Of a stretch of DNA of 49,278 nucleotides, positions 27,521-34,953 are shown piece after piece; position 1 is the stretch's first letter; each line of letters opens with the position of its first letter. Made by a program: the position numbers and the translations under genes. The notes beneath the pieces were generated by a model. It did no database searches. It was not told the origin of the DNA and saw nothing but the letters and a program-made list of their open reading frames with translations. Source of the DNA: Thermoanaerobaculia bacterium. Lineage in GTDB: Bacteria; Acidobacteriota; Thermoanaerobaculia; Multivoradales; JAIOJS01. The stretch spans positions 1 through 49,278 of the forward strand of contig JAIOJS010000395.1 of the NCBI GenBank assembly GCA_019911795.1, given 5' to 3'.

Positions 27521-27707
27521 CTAGTGGACTGTATCCCTCGAACGGTTAGTGGTTGGGCGTGTCATCAGGGGCTAAATCAAGGTGCCTCGACACAGGCAAG
27601 GCGCCCCGACGCAGGCATAGCGGGGCCTATGTCGAGGAGGGGCAACGCCGAGCTCGGCCCTGAGGGCACGGCCAGGCGCTAATCGTTTGGGGGTTACTGT
27701 CCACTAG
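27521..27707 (+). repeat. Copy B of the MITE-like element (187 bp, same orientation as copy A)
   Basis: It aligns end to end with 25537-25704. By eye there are about 9 substitutions, 2 single-base indels and one 19-nt insertion. Its terminal CTAG (27704-27707) contains the TAG stop of the GWxTD gene. Confidence 0.85.
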
Positions 27708-28441
27708 GGCGGCCCAGGCGGCTCGACCACTAGCGCTCGACGAGCCAAACGCAAGAGCTCCCGCCCTTCGGTCATGCGAGTGCCTCTGCGCTCGCGAACG
27801 AAGGTGAAGGATACATCGGCCACCGGCCCGTACTCCCGTCGTAAGAGATCGCGCAGGGGCGGCGCTAGATCCTGGGTGAAGTACACCCAGATCTCCTCGG
27901 TGATCTGAACCGTTTGTCGCGGACCGGATCCAGTCCCGGCACCGAGGGCCGGTACCCGCACGGGGCGATGACGGAGGATGTTCGGAGGTCCCAGCAAGAT
28001 CAACGCTCCACCGCGGTCGGTCACGCTGCCTCGATGGTCCTCGTCCGAGTAGAGACGGTCGGCGTCGGCTACACGAGCGAAGAACAGCGCCGAGGCTGAG
28101 TTGTCCCCCTCGTCACCAGTAGGGTTCCTCCGGCCCCAGAACTGCTGACGAAAAGCCTGAAACTCCGCCGGAGTCGTGACCGCCGCCAACTCCCGTCGCT
28201 CTTCGCCGAGGAGAAGCCAGGTCGCCGGACCTTGCCCCCAGTCCTCCGCGGCACGAGCGGCGGGGGATGGCCCCTGGCAGGAGGACGCGAGAAGACCAAG
28301 CCCGAGGAGACATCCGGCCCTAACGAGGAGACTCAGCCCCCCCCGAAGCTCAGTTCGCCTCGCCGTCCGCTTGAGGCTCGGGGGCTTCGCGGATAGTCCC
28401 GTGTTGCTTCTCGTAACGCTGAAGGTTGGCGGCAAGGGCAT
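27704..28441 (-). CDS. GWxTD domain-containing lipoprotein
   Basis: FRQQFWGRRNPTG...FFARVADADRLYS...GSVTDRGGALILLGPP matches the GWxTD-domain pattern. A lipobox-type signal peptide (LLGLGLLASSC) is present. The start is uncertain because ATG 28441 overlaps the upstream gene by 92 nt. Confidence 0.7.
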   Translation of the reverse strand: MPLPPTFSVTRSNTGLSAKPPSLKRTARRTELRGGLSLLVRAGCLLGLGLLASSCQGPSPAARAAEDWGQGPATWLLLGEERRELAAVTTPAEFQAFRQQFWGRRNPTGDEGDNSASALFFARVADADRLYSDEDHRGSVTDRGGALILLGPPNILRHRPVRVPALGAGTGSGPRQTVQITEEIWVYFTQDLAPPLRDLLRREYGPVADVSFTFVRERRGTRMTEGRELLRLARRALVVEPPGPP

Positions 28442-28628
28442 GAACGATTCGTTTCATATGGCCGGGGCTGGTGACAATGCGCGCCGTCACCGCTCCCTGC
28501 GGAGGCACCAGGTTGATGAAGTCGAGGATGAACTCCTCGCGGGTGTGGGTGATCCGAAGGAGGTTCGAGTACCGTCCCTTCAGCTCCTCATCGGCTATTT
28601 TGATATTGACGCCCTGAGTCTCGCTCAT
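28350..28628 (-). CDS. DUF3467 domain-containing protein
   Basis: RYSNLLRITHTREEFILDFINLVPPQGAVTARIVTSPGHMKRIVHALAANLQRYE matches my recollection of DUF3467. Its ATG overlaps the wzt stop (ATGA at 28625-28628). Confidence 0.75.
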   Translation of the reverse strand: MSETQGVNIKIADEELKGRYSNLLRITHTREEFILDFINLVPPQGAVTARIVTSPGHMKRIVHALAANLQRYEKQHGTIREAPEPQADGEAN

Positions 28629-30100
28629 CTCGCTCTCCTTGTCGATTCCTCGTTGTTGTCATCGTCTTCGCCAACCACGCCGTCCCCTCTCTCCGCCCAT
28701 CGAATCTCCGGTCCGAAGTGCCACCGGTGATGGACGGCGTAGGGGCCGACCTGAGGCTGCGGTGCCGTGACCGAGAACGAAAACAGGCCCTGTCGATAGT
28801 CGTAGGGCGCTCCGTCCCGAGCGTGAACCGCGAGATCGAGCCGATACTCTCCCGCCGCGAGGCGGAGACGGGGACACTCGATGCGAACGACCGTCGTTCC
28901 CTCGAAGCGCTCACTGCGCCAACCCGCCAGATCGGTGTTGGTTCCCCAGATTTCTACGCCTCTAGGTGTGGCGATGCCAATCCCGACCACGACATCCTCC
29001 AGCCCCTCTGGGGAGGTCACCTCGAGCTCGAAGGTCACGTCCTCGCCGCTGTGGAGGTGGTATCTCTCCTCCATCGGTTCGAGACCTCCGAGGGTTCCTG
29101 GCAGGGCCGATGGACCGCGTGTCGGATCCTCCGCCTCCTCATGCGGGGGAGGTGAACCCGGGGAGCCGCCCGCTCGGCGAGCCAGCAGCCGAGCCCTGAG
29201 AATCCTCGCCTCGCCCGAGCCCCACCTTCGGGACTCCTCGGCCGCTCCCGAGTCGGAATCAGAATTGGGTTCTTCGGCCGCTTCCTTCGCCTCGAGATGC
29301 CTCCGGCCCTCGGCCTCGGCCACCGACTCTCGGTACGCGTCGACCACTCGGCGCGGTTCGCCGAGAAGCCGGGCCTGCCCCCGGTCCATCCATAGCACCC
29401 GATCACAGAGGTCCTCGACCAGTGTCAACGAATGGCTGACGAAAAGGAGGGTCTTTCCCCGCGAGAGAAGTTCCTCGATGCGGTGAAGACACCGATGAGC
29501 AAAGGCTTCGTCCCCGACCGAAAGAACCTCGTCGACCATCAGGACGTCGGGATCGGTGTGGACCGCGACCGCGAAGCCCAACCGAACGTACATCCCCGAG
29601 GAGTAGTTCTTGACGGGCTCCTCCACGAAGTCTTCGAGACCCGAGAACGCCACGATATCGTCGTAGCGCTCCTCGATCTGGCGGCGACTCAGGCCTAGCA
29701 CCGCCCCGTTGATGAAGATGTTCTCGCGCCCCGATATCTCGGGGTGAAAGCCCGCTCCCAGCTCGATCAGGGCCGCGACCCTTCCGTCGACCAACACCCG
29801 CCCCGAAGTGGGTTGCAAAATGCCGGCAAGGAGCTTCAGGAGGGTGGACTTGCCGGAGCCGTTAGAGCCAATCAGTCCGAAGGCCTCGCCCGCCGCGACC
29901 TCGAAACTGACGTTGCGGACGGCCTGGATGGATTCCTCGGGACTCAACCCGCCGACGAGGTTTCGGTCGACGAGAGCACTCTTCAGTGTCCGCAGGCGAA
30001 AGCCGGGCGCCGTGCGCCGGAATTGCTTGCAGACGTTCTCGACCCGAACCTTGGGCCCAGCTTCCGGCCCCAGACCCGCAACGGGCTTCGACTCGCTCAC
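28625..30100 (-). CDS. wzt: Polysaccharide/O-antigen ABC exporter ATP-binding protein (Wzt/TagH-like) with C-terminal beta-sandwich (Wzt_C-like) domain
   Basis: It has Walker A (GLIGSNGSGKSTLLK), the signature YSSGMYVRLGFA and Walker B (VLMVDEVLSVGD). The C terminus is EDVTFELEVTS...GEYRLDLAVHARDG. The GTG 30100 start overlaps the wzm stop (GTGA). Confidence 0.85.
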   Translation of the reverse strand: MSESKPVAGLGPEAGPKVRVENVCKQFRRTAPGFRLRTLKSALVDRNLVGGLSPEESIQAVRNVSFEVAAGEAFGLIGSNGSGKSTLLKLLAGILQPTSGRVLVDGRVAALIELGAGFHPEISGRENIFINGAVLGLSRRQIEERYDDIVAFSGLEDFVEEPVKNYSSGMYVRLGFAVAVHTDPDVLMVDEVLSVGDEAFAHRCLHRIEELLSRGKTLLFVSHSLTLVEDLCDRVLWMDRGQARLLGEPRRVVDAYRESVAEAEGRRHLEAKEAAEEPNSDSDSGAAEESRRWGSGEARILRARLLARRAGGSPGSPPPHEEAEDPTRGPSALPGTLGGLEPMEERYHLHSGEDVTFELEVTSPEGLEDVVVGIGIATPRGVEIWGTNTDLAGWRSERFEGTTVVRIECPRLRLAAGEYRLDLAVHARDGAPYDYRQGLFSFSVTAPQPQVGPYAVHHRWHFGPEIRWAERGDGVVGEDDDNNEESTRRAR

Positions 30101-30891
30101 ACCGCTTCCACCAAAGTAGGAGAAAGGCGCCTGAAGATCCAACCGCCAACCGTCCAAGCTAAAACGGCAAGGCCAGCCGCCTGTAGCCATAGGCCGACAT
30201 CTGGAACCCGGCCGTAGAAGAGGGTCTCCTGGAAAAGGCGAACGAACGGGGTTCCAGGATTGAGACTCATCACCCGTAGCAGCCAGGGGAGGTGAGCCAG
30301 CCCGGCAACGGGGTAGAGGATCGGGGTTAGGAAGAAGAGCAGGGTCAGAAGGTTCTGGAGCAGGTCTCGAGTGTCCTTGAAATGCACATTGAGAGCGGCG
30401 AGCGCCAGACCGATTCCGGCCGCAAAGGGCAGCAAGACGGCGATGCAAGCCGGTAGCAACAAGATGCTCCAACCGCCCACCGAATAGCCCAGGTAGCGCG
30501 CCACGACCAGCGCCCCGAGAATAATCGGCAGGGCGAAGAGAAAGTGGACCAGATTGGCCAGAACCGCGACCACCGGCAGAACCTCAGCCGGGAAGACCGC
30601 CTTGCGAATGAGGGCTGCGTTGGTCAGCAGAGACGATGTCGCCTCGATCAGCGATGTCGAAAGCCAGATCCAAGGGAAGAGCCCGGTGAGAAGAAACACC
30701 GAGTACGGTGACGCCCCCGCCATTCTCGGCTTGAAGATGACATCAAAGACCAACGTATACACCGCTAGCAGAAGCAAAGGGTTGGCCAACGACCACACGA
30801 AGCCGAGGAGCGAGCCGCGATATCGCGCCTTCAGCTCCCGCGACGTCAGCGTGCCGATCAGGCCGCGAAGACTCAGCAGGTACCGGACCAT
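30097..30891 (-). CDS. wzm: ABC-2 type polysaccharide exporter permease (Wzm/TagG-like)
   Basis: The N terminus is LTSRELKARYRGSLLGFVWSLANPLLLL, followed by 6 hydrophobic segments. It lies directly upstream of wzt. Confidence 0.85.
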   Translation of the reverse strand: MVRYLLSLRGLIGTLTSRELKARYRGSLLGFVWSLANPLLLLAVYTLVFDVIFKPRMAGASPYSVFLLTGLFPWIWLSTSLIEATSSLLTNAALIRKAVFPAEVLPVVAVLANLVHFLFALPIILGALVVARYLGYSVGGWSILLLPACIAVLLPFAAGIGLALAALNVHFKDTRDLLQNLLTLLFFLTPILYPVAGLAHLPWLLRVMSLNPGTPFVRLFQETLFYGRVPDVGLWLQAAGLAVLAWTVGGWIFRRLSPTLVEAV

Positions 30892-30929
30892 CGAAGGTGG
30901 ACTCGCCCCGGCGAGGCCGGGGTGGTAGC

Positions 30930-32123
30930 TCAGGGGTTGGCCCGCAACTGCTTCTGCTTCTGTTCCAGCGCCTTCAGGCTCTCCTGGAGAACCCGCCGCG
31001 CTTCATTCACGAACTTGTCGTAGTTGACCGGAGCAGCATCCTTGATCACGTAGACACGGGGGTACTTCTGCACGTCACCCTTCTCGTCGAACTGGAGCGA
31101 TCCGGTAGTGCCCTGGTAGGAGCGGATCGACCGCATTCCCTTCCAGAAGTCGCTGCCCTGAGTGCTGTCGTTCTTCTTGAGGGCTTCTAGCACAATGTTC
31201 ATCGCATCGTAGCCGTGGGCGGCGTAGAGATCCGGGTCCAGTCCATACTTCGCTCGGTAGGCCTCGACGAACGAGGGAATCGGCTCATTGGGGTTCGACA
31301 GGTCGAAGACAGTCTGGGTGAAGTAGACGTTCTCCGCGGCCGGACCGGCGGACTCGACCGCCTGGGAGGTGGCAAAGGCCGCGGTCGTGAGCGTCTTCCC
31401 CTTGTAGCCTGCCTGGTGGAGACCCTTGACCATGGCGACGACGTCATCCCAGTACGCAGCGAGGTAGACCGCCTCGGGCTCCAAGGTCACAGCGCGCTCG
31501 ATCAGGCCCGAGAAGTCATTGGTTCCCTGGGGATACTCGATAACCTCGACGATCTCGCTGCCGTGGCGCGTGAACTCGTTCTTGAAGACTCCCTGAATGC
31601 CGCGGCCGTAGGGAGACTCGGCGGCCAAAATGACTGCGGTCTTGAGGCCCAAGGTGTTGGCCGCGAAGCTCCCCATCTTGGTACCCTCTTCGAAATCGGA
31701 GGGGAAGATGCGGTAGAAGTTGCGCGAGACACCAGTAAGTTCGGGACTCGAAGCGGTCGGGGATACCAAGGTGCGGTCCGCCGCATCGGCCACACCGACC
31801 ATCTCCATCGCCTCGTCGCTGGTGACGCCGCCGATGACCGTGATAGCGCCCTTCGAATAGAGGTCCTTAAGGAGCTTGGCGGCGGTCGCCGGGTCGCCCT
31901 GCGAATCGACGGTTTCCAGCTGCAGGACGAATCCGAGATCCGGGCCACTCTTCGCGCGCTCATAGGCGAGGGCAATCCCGTTGTTGACGGCAGTTCCGTA
32001 CGCCTCGACCGGACCGGATAAGGGCACCACGGCTCCGATGAGCACGGTCTTCTCCCCGGCGGGGCATCCCAGGATGCCGAGACCGAGAACGAGAGTTAGA
32101 AGTACACGACTTAAGTCCTTCAT
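30930..32123 (-). CDS. Type-1 periplasmic substrate-binding lipoprotein (LivJ/branched-chain amino acid binding family)
   Basis: It has a lipobox (LVLGLGILGC), IGAVVPLSGPVEAYG and a two-lobe SBP pattern. The start is ATG 32123. No cognate permease or ATPase genes lie beside it. Confidence 0.8.
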   Translation of the reverse strand: MKDLSRVLLTLVLGLGILGCPAGEKTVLIGAVVPLSGPVEAYGTAVNNGIALAYERAKSGPDLGFVLQLETVDSQGDPATAAKLLKDLYSKGAITVIGGVTSDEAMEMVGVADAADRTLVSPTASSPELTGVSRNFYRIFPSDFEEGTKMGSFAANTLGLKTAVILAAESPYGRGIQGVFKNEFTRHGSEIVEVIEYPQGTNDFSGLIERAVTLEPEAVYLAAYWDDVVAMVKGLHQAGYKGKTLTTAAFATSQAVESAGPAAENVYFTQTVFDLSNPNEPIPSFVEAYRAKYGLDPDLYAAHGYDAMNIVLEALKKNDSTQGSDFWKGMRSIRSYQGTTGSLQFDEKGDVQKYPRVYVIKDAAPVNYDKFVNEARRVLQESLKALEQKQKQLRANP

Positions 32124-32286
32124 GACCGCTCCACTTCCCACAAAACTTTCGAGGTGTGTTTTTGTCGCCGCGACATCACGACTCCAGCATCTATCATATC
32201 AACCGTGCAAGCCATCATACCAACCGAGTGGATCCGGTTGGTAACTTCCGCCCATTCGGGTCGCCACGCTCTGCTAGACTGACCCG

Positions 32287-32589
32287 ATGAGCAAGCGGTT
32301 CCACCTGGCTTGTCCCGACTGTGGCAGTCGGATCACCGTCGACGCGAAGACCGGCAAGCTGTTGGACCACTCCTCCCGTCCCGAGTCGTCGCCCGCCAAG
32401 CCCGACTTCGATCGACTGCTGAAGGGTCTCGACGCCGATCGCAACCGTGCCGAGGCCCGGTTCAAGGAGGAGATGGCCGCCCATGAGGATCGCAGCCGCC
32501 GGCTCGACGAGAAGTTCGAGGAGGCCAAGCGCCGCGCCGAGGCGGCTGGCCTCGAGGGTCGACCCGACCGCCCTTGGGACTTTGACTAG
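32287..32589 (+). CDS. Small hypothetical protein with N-terminal CxxC knuckle and charged helical tail
   Basis: MSKRFHLACPDCGSRITVDAKTGKLLDH is followed by a K/R/E-rich helix. It is a stand-alone ORF with an ATG start. Confidence 0.5.
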   Translation: MSKRFHLACPDCGSRITVDAKTGKLLDHSSRPESSPAKPDFDRLLKGLDADRNRAEARFKEEMAAHEDRSRRLDEKFEEAKRRAEAAGLEGRPDRPWDFD

Positions 32590-32712
32590 CTCCGGCTTGA
32601 TCACGTTCAGACTTGACCGGTCCAGACGCGATCCGCGGACCTGAAGCTCCGAACCAGGCTCGCGTCGTCTCACGTTCTACCCGACTCCCTCTACTGAATG
32701 CGGGGACTGTCG

Positions 32713-34953
32713 CTAGTCGGCCGCACTCAGTTCGAAATAACGAACCGAGGGCGAGAGTCGAACCAGCGGCGAAGCCCCGGAGTCTCCCTCGGCCGCCGAT
32801 CGCTCTTGGTGCGGCAGCGGCTGACCGTCTCGTCCCACCCCTCCGGTGATCGACCGAGGCAACGTCGCCTCGAGCTCTCCGTCCACACTCCAACCGGCCA
32901 CCACCTCGCGTCCCGAGGGGAGACGAAAGGCATAGAGGTAGGCACCGGGCGGACCGGGCAGGGGTCCGAGGAACAATCCACCGTCCAGCTGCTGAATCAA
33001 GGTGGCCAGCGCATGGAACCCGGGACGGCGGCGAAGCCCCGACTCCGACGCCACCGCCAATCCATAGCCGCGCGCCTCCAGTTGCCACCAGTAGACGCGT
33101 TCGGCGCAGCCGCTCCCAAGCGCCAAGAGATAGTAGCGGGCAAGGTAGTCGGCGTAGGTCTCTTCGTCCACCGAGACATGTCGACCCGCCGGCGAATGGG
33201 GTCCCTCGCGCAGCGGCCAGTTGACCTCGGTGATCCAGGAGCGGGGCTTGGTGTGGCGGGCGGTATCCGCGATGGCCTGAAGAAGGACCACTTTGCCAAC
33301 GGTATCGAATCCAGCCTGCTCCTTCTCCGGTGCGCCACGACGATCGACGTAGAGGAGACTCCCCAGGACATCGAAGGCGACCGCATTGCCTGGCCAGTTG
33401 GCCACCGCCGCCGTGACGTGGAACTCGAAGTCGATCACACCCGGCCCGACCAGCTGAACGTCGGGATAGCGTCGTAGCTCCTCGGCGGCAACCCCGGCCA
33501 AGGCCTGGAACTCTCCGAGGTTCCACACTCCCCACTTGCTGCGGTTGATCGCCTGGCCAATCTGAAAATAGCGACCGTAGGGAGTGAACTGCCGAGCCAG
33601 TTCTCGCACCGCCGCCCGCCACCGTTCGAGGTCGCGGACCAGCTCCCTACGCTGTGGCAGGGCAAAAACCACCTCGATTCCACGCTCGAACAGGGCGCGG
33701 GCCAGCGCCTCCTCAGCTCGGTGGTCCTCTTGCCAAGGATGGAGACGGAGCATCACGTGGCGGACTCCCAGATCATCGACCGCCGCGAGGAGTTCCTCCT
33801 CGCGCCCGACCAGCGGGCGAACGCAAATACCGATGCCGGAGAACGGGGTCTCTGTCGAGTAGAGGCGACGACGAAGCTCGCGGTAGCGCCGCCAGATGCG
33901 GGGCAACGACCCGAGCGTGCCGCGAGCCATTCGTAGGTGAGTCCCGAGATCGCCGAGACGAACCGTCAGCTTGTCCCAGCGCCCGGCGTGTTGGTGGGGC
34001 TGATCGGAGAGACCGTCCCACACCGCGCGATCGCGTCGCGACGCCTCCTTGGGGGGCGCCGGCAGATGCGGGTAGGCCTTGCGAGCGACGAGTAGGTTCT
34101 TCATCCCGGCCGATCGACTACGCAAAGACTTCTTGAGTCGGTGGCGACCGTGAAACAACAGGTAGTGCCGGTGGTAGATCCACCACTCAGTCCGACTCGG
34201 AGTTCGCCCCAGGTACTCGGTGAGGAGAGCCTGGCGGTCGGTCGTATGTTCGAGCGGGAGGCGCGAGAGGTCGGCCAACCGATGTCCTCGGGTCAGGACT
34301 CGAGGGCGACGGGCCCGGTTGAGGTCGACCAGGACCCCCTCCATCGTCGGTCCTCCCGGCGGGTCCGGCAGAAGAATGTTTCCGGCCGAGAAGTCTCGGT
34401 GCCAATAGCCGGCGTCGTGCACTCGGCGCGCCAGTCGGCAGAGGGCCGCGAAGAGATCACTCCGCTCGAGACCAGGGAAGCCGTCGCCGAGGTTTCCGGC
34501 GTTGAGGGCCCGGAGCGGGTACCGTGCCTCCGTAACTCCCTCGAGATAGCGACAGACGAAGAATGCCGGCCCTTCCGGATCCCGACGCTCCACCCACGCC
34601 ACCGGCTCTGGAGTCGGCACCCCGTCCTCGCTCATCGATAGCGCCATCCTCCAATTACGCTCGGCTTTGCTCCCTCGAAGGCGTCGGTCCCAGCGCTTGC
34701 GTCGGCCTTCGTGACGAAACTGCTTGACGACCACGGGGAACGAACCCGCAGAAGCGGGCCACTCAGCGATCCACAGGATATTCCTCCCCCAATGCAGAAT
34801 GCGGATGGCAGTGGCGGGATCAAGGACCTGTTCCAACGCCCGGCCGAGATCCACAGGCTCATGCCGAGAGGCAAGGACCCCGAAGGAATCAGCCAGGTCG
34901 ATCGCTCGCGTCGCCAGGCTCGTCCTCCCGTTCGCCGACGACCCCACCGTCAC
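32713..34953 (-). CDS. Fusion protein: N-terminal lipopolysaccharide kinase (Kdo/WaaP/RIO-like) domain plus C-terminal TIM-barrel glycoside-hydrolase-like domain
   Basis: The kinase motifs are VVVKQF (Lys), YWHRDFSAGNILL and GVLVDLNRAR. The C-terminal half has alternating beta/alpha segments with ITEVNWP (a clan GH-A-like nucleophile context). The GTG start overlaps the rng stop (GTGA). Confidence 0.75.
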   Translation of the reverse strand: MTVGSSANGRTSLATRAIDLADSFGVLASRHEPVDLGRALEQVLDPATAIRILHWGRNILWIAEWPASAGSFPVVVKQFRHEGRRKRWDRRLRGSKAERNWRMALSMSEDGVPTPEPVAWVERRDPEGPAFFVCRYLEGVTEARYPLRALNAGNLGDGFPGLERSDLFAALCRLARRVHDAGYWHRDFSAGNILLPDPPGGPTMEGVLVDLNRARRPRVLTRGHRLADLSRLPLEHTTDRQALLTEYLGRTPSRTEWWIYHRHYLLFHGRHRLKKSLRSRSAGMKNLLVARKAYPHLPAPPKEASRRDRAVWDGLSDQPHQHAGRWDKLTVRLGDLGTHLRMARGTLGSLPRIWRRYRELRRRLYSTETPFSGIGICVRPLVGREEELLAAVDDLGVRHVMLRLHPWQEDHRAEEALARALFERGIEVVFALPQRRELVRDLERWRAAVRELARQFTPYGRYFQIGQAINRSKWGVWNLGEFQALAGVAAEELRRYPDVQLVGPGVIDFEFHVTAAVANWPGNAVAFDVLGSLLYVDRRGAPEKEQAGFDTVGKVVLLQAIADTARHTKPRSWITEVNWPLREGPHSPAGRHVSVDEETYADYLARYYLLALGSGCAERVYWWQLEARGYGLAVASESGLRRRPGFHALATLIQQLDGGLFLGPLPGPPGAYLYAFRLPSGREVVAGWSVDGELEATLPRSITGGVGRDGQPLPHQERSAAEGDSGASPLVRLSPSVRYFELSAAD

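Noticed and set aside
25537-27707. The repeats as integron attC sites, with the peptidase as a gene cassette (CALIN-like)
   Set aside because: The ends do not match the RYYYAAC / GTTRRRY core sites. The elements, at 168-187 bp, are longer than typical attC sites. Only two sites are present, the enclosed gene is very large for a cassette, and no intI gene lies in the window.
32220-32242. The hairpin CCAACCG-agtggat-CGGTTGG in the divergent region between the SBP gene and the small CxxC ORF
   Set aside because: It is a single 7-bp stem with no U-tract and no second copy. Evidence is too weak to call an operator or attenuator.
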